From positions 888 through 64,887 of the IMG/VR virus record IMGVR_UViG_3300037475_000162: DNA of 64,000 nucleotides; one strand, given 5' to 3'. The notes under the pieces were generated by a model that was not told the DNA's origin, did no database searches, and saw nothing but the letters and a program-made list of their open reading frames with translations. Within the stretch, counting starts at the first letter, position 1. Each line of letters begins with the position of its first letter. Origin of the DNA: a virus. Lineage: Duplodnaviria > Caudoviricetes. The position numbers were made by a program, and so were the translations under genes. Below are positions 17,769-27,330 of this stretch, piece after piece.

Positions 17769-18166
17769 GGCTGCTCGTGGTGATCCGCCGCTTTCGCCCC
17801 GAGTTCGCCGGCCGGTCCTGTGCGGACTGCAAGCGCTGGCTCTACCGGCCCGACGGGAGCAAGATGGTGCGCGGCCGGCCGCAGGACGGCGGACTGCCCA
17901 TGCTCCGGCCGCAGGGGCAGCCGACGCCCTGCCACGAGTGCCCCAAGGTGCCGAGCGACGCGCCGGAACGAACGTCGGCCCACGCGATCGAGCCCAGCGA
18001 AAAGAGCTGGCTGGCCTACCAGCACTACCTGGAGTGCGCGGCGGTGGGAAGCTTCCCGGACGACCCCATCGTAAAACGCAACGCCCGGGTGATTCGCCAG
18101 GTGGAGCAGATGTGGGAGCGACAGCCGCTGCAAACGCTGCTGACGCTGCTGACGAGGGTGGACTGA
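17758..18166 (+). CDS. -1 frameshift extension of the tail chaperone (GT)
   Basis: Slippery A7C at 17758-17765; -1 frame is open to 18166 and abuts the TMP start; contains CADC and CHEC. Confidence 0.75.
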
Positions 18167-18167
18167 A

Positions 18168-19829
18168 ATGCCGAGCCTGACGGAACTGATCGCCGCCGAC
18201 CGCGACCTGGTGGACGCCATGCAGAGCCTGCCGGATCGGCTGGCCGCGCAGCAGCGCATCGACCGCCGCGACGAGGCCCGCGCGGTCGGCGAGCGGCAGG
18301 GCGTCCTCGACCCGTACGCCGACGGCGGCAGCAAGGCGGAGCAGGCATACCGCAAGATCCAGGCGCTGGAATCGCGGATGCTGGGCGAGCACATCGGCCG
18401 CATTCAGGCGCTGGGCGCAGGGGCGCAGCAGATCGGTTCCGGCATCGGCGGCGCGGCGGGCTTTGCCGGCAAGGGCCTGGGCAACGCCCTGGGAGGAGCG
18501 GCCGGCGGGGCCGCAATGGGAACGGCAGGCGCCGTGTACCTGGCGACGACGGAGGCGCTGGGCAAGACGGCGCAGGCCATGAACATCTTCGCCAACGGCG
18601 CGATGAGCGACGCGCAGAAGCGAGATGCGTTTGCCTCGGAGTTCCTTCCTGGCGCGGACAAGCTGATTGCCTTCCGCGACGCCCTCAACGGAGTGACGGA
18701 GGCCCTGCGAAAGACCGAGCTGCGGTTTCAATTGCGCGGCCTGGAGCAGCAGCAGCAGTTTCGCGAGCGACAGACGACGGCGCAGGGGGCTGCCGAGGTG
18801 GCGCTGCACGCCACCCGGGCGACCGCCTTCGGGGCCATTGTGACGCCGCCGACGCCGCTGGGCGACCGGACGACGTGGCAAGGCGATCTGGCGCATCAGG
18901 AAGCGCTGCGGCGGATGGAGCGGCAGGACGAAATTGCCCGCGCCCGCGCCGGAGTGACGGGCGCAGGCGCGGCGCTCGAGGAAAGCCAGAAGCGCCTGGA
19001 AGGACTGGAAGGATACCGCCACAGGATCGGCGTTACCCTTGGCCTGCGGGAGAGACAGTTACGCAAGCAGCAATGGATCGAGAGGGACACACCCGAAAAG
19101 CGGCGGATGGTGGAGCGCAAGCTCGTCGAGGGCGGGTCGAACCCGTTCCTGGCCCGGACCGCCGTGGCGGCTCTCGGCGCCGGCGTCAGCAACAAGGCGG
19201 GCGTCATTGCCGCCGGCCGCGAGGTCCAGTTGGCCGCGACCGACGCGGCCAACAACGAGAAGCTGATCCAGGGCGAGATCAACCGTCAGAAGGAGCTGGG
19301 GGTGCAGCTCGCCGAAAAAGAAAGCGCCCTGCGCAAGGCGAACATCGGCGCGGCCCGGACGGAACTGGAGATCACGCGGGCGCGCATCCAGCTTGGCGTC
19401 AACCAGTCCGTCCGCGCAGGAGGGATGCAGCCCTGGGAGAGACAGCAAAGCCTGATGGCGGCGCGCTTTATCAAGCAGCACGGCCTCGCCGCGACCCCGG
19501 CATTCATGCAGCAGCAGGCCGGGGCGATGTTCCCGGAATATGTGCAAAAAGAGCGCGAAAAGTTCGGCCGGACCACGGAGGAGTACAAGGCGGGCGTCAA
19601 GGAGGGGTTCGCGAAGGACATTGACATCGTTGCGGAGCGGGCCAAGGAAGCAAAAATCTCAACGGAGGTGCGAGTGGCCGTGAACCTCGACGAGGCGGCG
19701 CTGGGCAAGCGGATCGCCGAAGCCATCAGCGACAACTTCCGCGAACTGCTCAAGAGCATCAAGGCTGAGTTCGACGCGCAGCGGAAGCATCTGGAGGCGG
19801 GAAACATCATCCGCAACCGGAGCGGCTGA
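18168..19829 (+). CDS. Tape measure protein
   Basis: 553 aa, Ala/Gly/Gln-rich helical, after G/GT. Confidence 0.75.
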   Translation: MPSLTELIAADRDLVDAMQSLPDRLAAQQRIDRRDEARAVGERQGVLDPYADGGSKAEQAYRKIQALESRMLGEHIGRIQALGAGAQQIGSGIGGAAGFAGKGLGNALGGAAGGAAMGTAGAVYLATTEALGKTAQAMNIFANGAMSDAQKRDAFASEFLPGADKLIAFRDALNGVTEALRKTELRFQLRGLEQQQQFRERQTTAQGAAEVALHATRATAFGAIVTPPTPLGDRTTWQGDLAHQEALRRMERQDEIARARAGVTGAGAALEESQKRLEGLEGYRHRIGVTLGLRERQLRKQQWIERDTPEKRRMVERKLVEGGSNPFLARTAVAALGAGVSNKAGVIAAGREVQLAATDAANNEKLIQGEINRQKELGVQLAEKESALRKANIGAARTELEITRARIQLGVNQSVRAGGMQPWERQQSLMAARFIKQHGLAATPAFMQQQAGAMFPEYVQKEREKFGRTTEEYKAGVKEGFAKDIDIVAERAKEAKISTEVRVAVNLDEAALGKRIAEAISDNFRELLKSIKAEFDAQRKHLEAGNIIRNRSG

Positions 19830-19837
19830 CAGGCTTG

Positions 19838-20596
19838 CTACTTGACCTCTTCCGCCAGCGCCTTGACGGACAGCAAAGACATCGCCCGGGAGCGGACGGC
19901 TTTTATTCCGGAGGGTACTTCAGAGCGAAGCAGTTCGGTTCTGAACTTCCAGAACTGTTCGTCAAGAGCTTCTATTTCCTCCCGTGTTGTCCCGCCGGGT
20001 GGAAGACGAAAAAGCCGAGTAGCTTCGCTGCCAAGTTTAAGAATGAGGGGCGATGACCGCAAACGGGCGACCTTGCCGGTTTCTTCGACGATCTCGTCAA
20101 AGATCAGTTTTGTTTGCGGATGACGCTCGTTGAAGCTGGCCTTGTAGTCTGGGTAATCGATCCTGTGCCGATCGAAGAACCTTTTGCGGAGTTCGAGCTT
20201 CCTGGACGCGAGATCGGCTGACGTCTGCCCGCATAGTTCGACGGCGAAGAGGCACGCTTGGGTTCCGGCGGTATCGTTCCTGATCGACTTTGGATCGTGG
20301 AACCAGGGTAACTTTCCAGCATCCCGGAGCCAGTAGAGCTTATAGGCGTCAACGGCCTGCTCCTCAAAGCTGACGGCAAGAACTGAATGGTAGTCGGCAT
20401 CGGCTCCTGACGTGGTGGCAATAGCATGACGGCCAATGGAAGGCCGTATGAGAAAGAAGCTGACCAGCCCGACGCCTACCAGTAGCAGCAGGGCAATGAC
20501 GGCAAGCAGCCAGGCAACGGCGGACGGGCCTTCTCTTCGCCGGCGACGTACAGGCGCCTGCTCCTCGCGGCTGGTGAAGTCGAGCGGATCGGACAT
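19838..20596 (-). CDS. Antisense membrane-anchored moron protein
   Basis: MSDPLDF..., TM AVAWLLAVIALLLLVGVGLVSFFLI; visibly lower GC; inserted after the TMP gene. Confidence 0.65.
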   Translation of the reverse strand: MSDPLDFTSREEQAPVRRRRREGPSAVAWLLAVIALLLLVGVGLVSFFLIRPSIGRHAIATTSGADADYHSVLAVSFEEQAVDAYKLYWLRDAGKLPWFHDPKSIRNDTAGTQACLFAVELCGQTSADLASRKLELRKRFFDRHRIDYPDYKASFNERHPQTKLIFDEIVEETGKVARLRSSPLILKLGSEATRLFRLPPGGTTREEIEALDEQFWKFRTELLRSEVPSGIKAVRSRAMSLLSVKALAEEVK

Positions 20597-20687
20597 CGGG
20601 GCTGTCTCCAGGGGTGTGCGTCTCTGCTGTGATCTTGAGGCGCCGGCCCGCAACCGGCAAGGGAAGAGGGCGGCGAGGTGATGCGCC

Positions 20688-21413
20688 ATGCAGCTTTCCT
20701 ACGGCAATTTCTCGTTCGACCCGAACTCAACGGAGATGAGTTCGCGCGTCGAGACGCTGTGGAACAGCGGCGGCCAGCCGTACGCGCAGCGGCGGACGCT
20801 CAAGGTCACGGGGTACCTCTCGGGCAACGGCCAGGATGCGCTGATCCAGCAGGAATCGGCCCTGCGGACGGCGCTGTCGGTGAGCTTCAGCGACCTGCTC
20901 TTTGTCAGCGATTCCGGGCAGCAATCGCCCGTGTCGATCCTGGGCGCGGGCAGCACGACCGGCGTGCAGATTCACAGCCTGGAGTTCTCGGCGACCAGCA
21001 AGGAGGGGGAATACACGACCGTCCGCAACTTCTCCTTCGTCGCCGAGGCGGAGTATCCGCTGGCCAACAGCGTCCCGCTGCTGCTGGCGTTCCGCGAGAC
21101 GATCACCGTCTGGGGCGGCGGCCCCATCTGGAAGTTCCGCATGGCGGTCAACGGCCCGCCGCAGAAGCAGCTCGTCTACCCGCAGTCGATCTATTACGCG
21201 ACCCAGCAGGGCGAGCTGACCGGCTATCTGGTGGCGCGGACGCCGCCGCCGCCGCTCTGGCCGGGGGCGCTGATGCACGCGGGGCGGATCGGCGACCGCG
21301 GCCCCGACCGCAAGGGCTTCGGCCATTACCAGGGTGAGACGATCACGTGGCAGTACGATTTCGAGGCGTCGGCGCCGTTCCCCAATGCCCGGCCGAACGT
21401 GTGGATCAAGTGA
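20688..21413 (+). CDS. Putative distal tail protein
   Basis: GAGGTG ribosome-binding site; first + strand gene after TMP. Confidence 0.55.
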   Translation: MQLSYGNFSFDPNSTEMSSRVETLWNSGGQPYAQRRTLKVTGYLSGNGQDALIQQESALRTALSVSFSDLLFVSDSGQQSPVSILGAGSTTGVQIHSLEFSATSKEGEYTTVRNFSFVAEAEYPLANSVPLLLAFRETITVWGGGPIWKFRMAVNGPPQKQLVYPQSIYYATQQGELTGYLVARTPPPPLWPGALMHAGRIGDRGPDRKGFGHYQGETITWQYDFEASAPFPNARPNVWIK

Positions 21414-21420
21414 GGGACTG

Positions 21421-21609
21421 ATGCGAACCCGGCGGGAAACAGAGGAACGTCAGGCCTCGCTGCGCAAGCTCCTGGAAGACCTGGAGCATCGCCGCCAGTC
21501 TGCCGGCGATCGTCGGGACTGGGACGGCGTCACTGATTTGCAGGAGCAGATCGACAGCGCCCGGACAAGACTGACCGTCCTTGCGTGGGTTCTCGGGGAG
21601 GCGGACTGA
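21421..21609 (+). CDS. Small coiled-coil protein
   Basis: GAGGGA ribosome-binding site; TGATG overlap with the next gene. Confidence 0.5.
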   Translation: MRTRRETEERQASLRKLLEDLEHRRQSAGDRRDWDGVTDLQEQIDSARTRLTVLAWVLGEAD

Positions 21610-23201
21610 TGGCAACCATCCTCTGGCGAGGCGGCGCGGCAGCCGTGGCCCAGGTCGTCAACCTGACGGTCGGCGGCCAGCCGCTGCCGGGCGACCTCTT
21701 CAGCGTGACGATCAACGGCAACGCCGTCTCGTTTACCGAGGGGGCGACGGCGACGATCGCCGACGTGGTGGTGGGCGTGCAAACCGCCCTGGCCGCCAGC
21801 CTGACCCCGGAGTTTCAGGAGGCGACGTGGACGGCGGCAAGCCCGGCCGTCGCCGGCACGGCCGTCGCCCCCGGCTCGCCGTTCACGGCCTCGGTCAACC
21901 TGACGAAGGCGAACCTCGCCGTCCCCGTGCAGGCGGCGACCAGCGGCACGACGGGCGGGAGCCTGACCAACGGGACCAGCTACTACTACGTCGTCACCGC
22001 CACCAACAGCAACGGCGAGACGACGGCGAGCAACGAGCAGAGCTATGCGGCGACGACCCTGGACCCGACGGCGATCCTGACGTGGGCCGCCGTGCCCGGC
22101 GCGACGGGCTACAAGATTTATCGCTCGACCAGCAGCGGCGCCTATGGGGCCTCGTCGCTTTTGCACACGGTCGGCAGCGGCGCGACGGTGACGTACAACG
22201 ACACGGGAACGGCGACCGGGGCCGGCCAGCCGCCGGGTTCCAACGGGGCGCTGTCCACCGCGACCTTCGCCCTGACCACGCCGACGGCGAGCAGCGGGCC
22301 CAACGACGTCAGCGTGCCGGGCAACTGGAGCACGGGCAGTCTGCCGGCCAACGGCGACAGCGTCTATCTGACCAGCTCGGCCGTGCCGCTGTTGTGGAAC
22401 CTGGACGCGCTGGCGGCCGTGACGCCGGCGCTCGTGCAGGGCGACAGCACGTTCACGGCCAACGTGGGCCTGCCGCGGACCAACCCCAACGGCTATCCCG
22501 AGTACCGGCCGCAATACCTGCAGTTCAGCGGCGCGACGGCGTTCAACCTCGTCGTGGGGGCCGGCGGCGGCTCGCAGATGCTCCAGTTCGATTTCGGCGC
22601 GGGACAGGTCGCCGCCAACGTCGCCGCGCCCGGCTCGCCGTCGGTCCAGGGCCGGCCCGCGGTCATCCTCAAGGGGACGCACGCCGCCAACACGCTCAAT
22701 GTGACGCTGGGCAACGTCGGCAGCGCCATCGACCCGGGCGAGGTGAGCACCTGGGCGACGGTAAGCAGCGGCTACCAGAGCAGCCCGACGACCGACGTGA
22801 CGCTGCTGCTGGGCGCCGGCTGCACGCTGACGACGATCACGCAGGACGGCGGCCAGCTCACCGTGCAGTCCAACACAACCACGCACACCGTCCGCGGCGG
22901 CGCGGCAACGATCCTGGGGGCCGCCACGGTCGGGACGCTCGACGTGGAGAACGGCACCGTCTACGACCAGTCCACCGGCACGAAGACAACGGTGACCGTC
23001 GGGCCCTTCGGAACGATCGACGCGCGGAGCAACCCGCAAACCAAGACGTACACGAACACCACGGTCAACGGCGGCGGGACGCTGCTGGATCCCAACAAGA
23101 CGATCACGTTCACCAACCCGATCAGCGTCCCCGACGGCGTGGGGGGTCAGTTCGGGGCGAACATCGACTTCGGCACCAATACGCATCTTCAGAGGTCGTA
23201 A
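21609..23201 (+). CDS. Tail protein with an FN3-like segment and beta-rich C-terminus
   Basis: GTSYYYVVTATNSNGET and LTWAAVPGATGYKIYRS; Thr/Gly-rich. Confidence 0.7.
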   Translation: MATILWRGGAAAVAQVVNLTVGGQPLPGDLFSVTINGNAVSFTEGATATIADVVVGVQTALAASLTPEFQEATWTAASPAVAGTAVAPGSPFTASVNLTKANLAVPVQAATSGTTGGSLTNGTSYYYVVTATNSNGETTASNEQSYAATTLDPTAILTWAAVPGATGYKIYRSTSSGAYGASSLLHTVGSGATVTYNDTGTATGAGQPPGSNGALSTATFALTTPTASSGPNDVSVPGNWSTGSLPANGDSVYLTSSAVPLLWNLDALAAVTPALVQGDSTFTANVGLPRTNPNGYPEYRPQYLQFSGATAFNLVVGAGGGSQMLQFDFGAGQVAANVAAPGSPSVQGRPAVILKGTHAANTLNVTLGNVGSAIDPGEVSTWATVSSGYQSSPTTDVTLLLGAGCTLTTITQDGGQLTVQSNTTTHTVRGGAATILGAATVGTLDVENGTVYDQSTGTKTTVTVGPFGTIDARSNPQTKTYTNTTVNGGGTLLDPNKTITFTNPISVPDGVGGQFGANIDFGTNTHLQRS

Positions 23202-23203
23202 CG

Positions 23204-25189
23204 ATGGCGGGCGGCGTCATTCACGGAACGGCAAGCTGGCCTGGCGTTATCGCCGTGGAAAGTTGCGTCTATACCATCAGCCATGGCGTCACGCCCGGCA
23301 CGGCCGTCCTGCGCGTGCAGCCGCAGTTGACCGCCATCCCGCCCTACGGGAACCTGACGATCAGCGACGGGCAGCGGCTGATTTTGATTCGCGACGCGCG
23401 CATGGACGCGCTGAAGATGCACCAGGACGAGTCCGGCGTGTACTGGACGCTGGAGATCGTCGATCGCCGCTGGCGGTGGCGCGACCTGGGGGCGCTGTCG
23501 GGCTGCTACAACCAGCTCGACCCGTTCGGCAAGCTGATCCCGTTCACGATCCGCAGCCCGAAGGAGCTGGCGAAGATTTGCCTCGACGCGATGGGAGAGG
23601 CGAGTTACGTCATCGACTTCCCCGAGGGGCTGAACTACCCCGGACCCTTGACCAGCCTGCCCATCACGAACATCACGGGGACGAACCCGCCGGTCAACTG
23701 GGTGGGCGTGCCGCCGGTGCAGGCGCTGGCCCAGCTCGCCGAGCAGTACAGCCTCCGCGTGATCCTGCGTCTGTCGGACAACACGGTCCTGGTGACCGTC
23801 CCGGGGGTGGGCGGCAAGCTGCCGCCCGGCAGCGTCCACCGCGCCGGCCCCAGCCTGAAGAACCCCGAGGCGCCGGACAGTATCGCCGTGCTGGGCTCGC
23901 CGACCAAGTACCAGGCGCGGCTGGTCATGCGCGCCGTGGGCGAGGAGTGGGACGGCAGCTATCGGCCCATCGACGAACTGTCCTATGCGCCGCCGAAGCG
24001 CAAGGACGGCAAGTCGCCGTGGATCACCTGTTTCCCGCCGATGTTCGGCATGAACCTTGACGGCACGACAAAGGTAGGCATCCAGGCGACCCAGCGGCTG
24101 ACCATCGCCGACGCACTGAAGCTGGCGCAGCGGTCGGTCTACAAGTGCTACCAGCTGGTGAACCTGGCCGGGGACTGGTCGTATGGCATCGCCGTGCCCG
24201 GGATCACGGGGAGACTCATCCGTCCGCAGCAGGTGGTGTTGCAGGACACGCAGGTTGATCAGATCGTGCCGACCGCCAACGACCTGGGGATCATCGACAA
24301 GTTCACGGGCCAGCCCTTCACGGTGAACCTCTACAACGGCTGGTCGCGCGACAAGCCGGCGGCGGCCTACGGGGCGCACTACAAGGATTTGAACCCCGGC
24401 GTCTGGTACAAGAAGCGCGCCAAGCAGGTCAACACCCTGCCGACCGATCAGATTTTCGTGCCGTTCAGTCTCGACCCGGCGCGCTACCTGATGACCTTCA
24501 GCGACTACGTCTACCAGCTTGTGGCGCCGAAGAGTACGCCGCCGTCGCCCTTTGTCCCGCCGCAGACGACCGGCTCGCTGCTCGACGGCTTCGGCACCAC
24601 CACGTTGACGTTCAAGGACGACCCCGACCCCAGGCCGGACGGCTTCATCTATCCCACGGTCGTCACCCTGCAAACGGGCATTTTCGTCCGCGACCCGCTG
24701 ACCAACAGCCCCTACTGCTACTTCAAGGTGATTCCCACGGGCAACGCCGCGGGAACCACCCCCCGCGTCTATTCGCACCCCGACGTGCAATTGAACATCA
24801 CCTGCGACTTCGACCCAAAAAACATGCCGGTGAAGGCGCGGATTCTGGAGGCCGACCCGCTGCTCCGCGCCGACAGCTACCTGGCGGCGCACCTGGCGGA
24901 GTTCCTCGTCTCCGGCGGCACGACGGTCGATTACAACGGCATCATGGCGATCGACCTGGACGGGGCCGTCCAGCAGGTGACGTGGTCGATCGGCGGCGAC
25001 GGCGCGACGACGACGGCGAGCGTCAACAGCGAGCATTCCGCGTGGATTCCGCCCTACCCGGTGCGACGCCGCGCGGAGGCGCTGCCGCCGGAACTGTCCT
25101 CCTCGCCCGGCGCGGGCGTCAGCGACGGCCTGGTCAGCATGCCCACGACGACTGGCGCGCCGGGCGCAGCCCCGGGGGAGGCCCGATGA
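23204..25189 (+). CDS. Putative tail hub/baseplate protein
   Basis: Start at MAGGVIHG; tail operon position. Confidence 0.6.
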   Translation: MAGGVIHGTASWPGVIAVESCVYTISHGVTPGTAVLRVQPQLTAIPPYGNLTISDGQRLILIRDARMDALKMHQDESGVYWTLEIVDRRWRWRDLGALSGCYNQLDPFGKLIPFTIRSPKELAKICLDAMGEASYVIDFPEGLNYPGPLTSLPITNITGTNPPVNWVGVPPVQALAQLAEQYSLRVILRLSDNTVLVTVPGVGGKLPPGSVHRAGPSLKNPEAPDSIAVLGSPTKYQARLVMRAVGEEWDGSYRPIDELSYAPPKRKDGKSPWITCFPPMFGMNLDGTTKVGIQATQRLTIADALKLAQRSVYKCYQLVNLAGDWSYGIAVPGITGRLIRPQQVVLQDTQVDQIVPTANDLGIIDKFTGQPFTVNLYNGWSRDKPAAAYGAHYKDLNPGVWYKKRAKQVNTLPTDQIFVPFSLDPARYLMTFSDYVYQLVAPKSTPPSPFVPPQTTGSLLDGFGTTTLTFKDDPDPRPDGFIYPTVVTLQTGIFVRDPLTNSPYCYFKVIPTGNAAGTTPRVYSHPDVQLNITCDFDPKNMPVKARILEADPLLRADSYLAAHLAEFLVSGGTTVDYNGIMAIDLDGAVQQVTWSIGGDGATTTASVNSEHSAWIPPYPVRRRAEALPPELSSSPGAGVSDGLVSMPTTTGAPGAAPGEAR

Positions 25190-26610
25190 ACCGCATCCAG
25201 CAGCAGGCGCAGAGCCAGGGGTGGATTCCGCCGATCAACTGGATGATCGTGCAGAACACCGACGACACGCCCGTTCCCCCCTACGGGGTGATGGGCGTTG
25301 ACGACATCGACGACGACGGCAACATCCAGATCAGCCAGTACGACGGCACGCAGGTTACGTTCCTCATCAACAGCGGCGGCTCGATTGCCCCGCAGGCGAA
25401 CGGCCAGGGACACACGACCTTTCCGGCGATCGTGGCGTATGACGGCGACGACGACCCCGAGGCCGGCGAGACGTGGGGGCCGGTCAAGGGGTCGTGGAAG
25501 CTGGGGGCGGCCGGCAGCGGCTTTACGATCCTGGGCGGCAGCAGCAAGGGACTGACCACGGCGACGGACAGAGGCGCGGAGGACTGCTGCACGGCCTGGG
25601 TGCGCATTCTCTGCGCCGCGGCAGGGGCGGCCGGCTATCCCGGGCTGGTGCAGTTCTATGACACCACCTTTTTCCCCGGGTCGTTCGTTGATTTGGACGG
25701 CCGCAGCACGACGGCCGGGGCCTCGGTGGCGTCGGGCAAGCAGACCGTGACGCCCGCGTCGATGGCGGGCATCCGCATCGGCCAGACGCTCATGCTGGTG
25801 GACGGCAACTGCAAGACCGTGGTGGCGACGGTTACGGGCACGAACACCACCGCCCGCGGCACGGCAAACCTGACCGACGACGCAGTGGCGTCCGTCACCG
25901 TGACCCAGGGCGGCAGCGGCTACACGTCGGCGCCCAGCGTGACGTTCAGCGGCGGCGGCGGCTCGGGGGCCAGCGGCACGGCAACGATTGCCGGCGGCGC
26001 GGTGACGGGCGTGGCGATGACCAGCACCGGCAGCGGCTATACGTCGGCGCCGACGGTGACGTTCGCCGCCTCGCCCGCAGCGGCAAGCAGTTTCACGGCC
26101 GACTTCGGCAGCGCCCTTGCCGCCTACCCCGTGACCGGCGTGACGATCACCGACGGCGGTTCGGGCTACGGCGGCACGGCCCCCACGGTTACGTTCAGCG
26201 GCGGCTCGGGCAGCGGGGCGGCCGGCACGGCAAACCTCGACCCGACGGGCGATTTCGTGGTCTCGGTCACGATGGACACGACCGGCAGCGGCTACAACCC
26301 CACGGCCCCGGACGTGAGCTTCAGCGCGCCCGGGGGCATGGGCGGCGTGACGGCGACAGGCACGGCGGACGTGGGCGGTCCGGTAACGATTTATCTCTCT
26401 GGCGTGTGGGTGCAGTTCTGGCCGCAGGATTACACGCCGGAGAAGAACGACGTGAGTGAACCCGTGGTCTTCCTCGCCACGCGCGAGGAAGACGCGCCCG
26501 ACGGCGTGGCGGTGTACCTGGCCGAGGGCGGCATAACGGCCGTCTGGCTTTGCCCGAACGGCAAGAGCGTCACCACCTACACGGGAAAGGCGGTGGCGCA
26601 AAGTGGGTAG
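25186..26610 (+). CDS. Tail fibre/spike-like protein with V-x-x-V-T-x-T-x-x-G-S-G-Y-T-S-A-P-x-V-T-F repeats
   Basis: Four imperfect GSGY...P.V[TS]F repeats at ~25880-26330. Confidence 0.7.
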   Translation: MNRIQQQAQSQGWIPPINWMIVQNTDDTPVPPYGVMGVDDIDDDGNIQISQYDGTQVTFLINSGGSIAPQANGQGHTTFPAIVAYDGDDDPEAGETWGPVKGSWKLGAAGSGFTILGGSSKGLTTATDRGAEDCCTAWVRILCAAAGAAGYPGLVQFYDTTFFPGSFVDLDGRSTTAGASVASGKQTVTPASMAGIRIGQTLMLVDGNCKTVVATVTGTNTTARGTANLTDDAVASVTVTQGGSGYTSAPSVTFSGGGGSGASGTATIAGGAVTGVAMTSTGSGYTSAPTVTFAASPAAASSFTADFGSALAAYPVTGVTITDGGSGYGGTAPTVTFSGGSGSGAAGTANLDPTGDFVVSVTMDTTGSGYNPTAPDVSFSAPGGMGGVTATGTADVGGPVTIYLSGVWVQFWPQDYTPEKNDVSEPVVFLATREEDAPDGVAVYLAEGGITAVWLCPNGKSVTTYTGKAVAQSG

Positions 26611-27103
26611 ACGAATCATCCCGCAGGGCTGGCCGTGCTGCTGTCCGGAGTCGAGCAGCAGCAACTCCAGCTCCAGCGGTAGTTCGCGGTCGGGGGGCGG
26701 CCCGTGCGACCCGGGGGCGTTCAACGCCCTTGATCTAGACATCGTTTACACGGGGTCCTTTTTCCTGACCGTCAGCGCCCCGGGGTTCCCCTTTGACGGG
26801 GTAGTGGTGGAGTTAACCTACCAGGGGCCGCCGGCCCCGCCGCCACCCATCGGAGGACCCGTCGTATGGTCGGGGACCGCCCTGGGGTGCGAGGTGGACC
26901 TTGTGCTCGCCACGTTCACCAGCGAATTCGACTCGACGGTGTACTGCGCCGTATGGGAGATCGGCTTCATCAACTGCTGTCCACAGACGATCACCGGGCA
27001 GGCGGACGTTAGCCCCAGCCGCATCACGTCCTCGACGACGATGGCGTTCAGCAACTGGGTCAGCAACGGCTGCGGCATCACCAGCGCGACACTCACGCCA
27101 TGA
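26603..27103 (+). CDS. Cys-rich protein with a poly-Ser tract
   Basis: PCCCPESSSSNSSSSGSSRS. Confidence 0.6.
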   Translation: MGRRIIPQGWPCCCPESSSSNSSSSGSSRSGGGPCDPGAFNALDLDIVYTGSFFLTVSAPGFPFDGVVVELTYQGPPAPPPPIGGPVVWSGTALGCEVDLVLATFTSEFDSTVYCAVWEIGFINCCPQTITGQADVSPSRITSSTTMAFSNWVSNGCGITSATLTP

Positions 27104-27309
27104 TCTGCAAACTCGACAGGCGCGGCTACTGCAAGCGGCATGGCGAAATTCATCAGGGCCGCGTCCTGTACTGGTCGCAACTGGACACGGAGCAGGGCGA
27201 GCAGGTGCGGCTCAGTCTGGACCAGGCGGCGCCGGGACGAAGCAACAAGCGGCGGCGCGGCAAGCCCCGGCTGTCCTTCGACGAACTGGCCCGGCAGAGG
27301 AAGCACTGA
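27100..27309 (+). CDS. Small basic protein
   Basis: ATGA overlap. Confidence 0.5.
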   Translation: MICKLDRRGYCKRHGEIHQGRVLYWSQLDTEQGEQVRLSLDQAAPGRSNKRRRGKPRLSFDELARQRKH

Positions 27310-27330
27310 TGCGAGCAGAAGGCGGCAGGC

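Noticed and set aside
21581..23203. N-terminal half of the 1202-aa ORF
   Set aside because: Arg-rich shadow frame overlapping the real 21609-23201 gene; the true start is likely 23204
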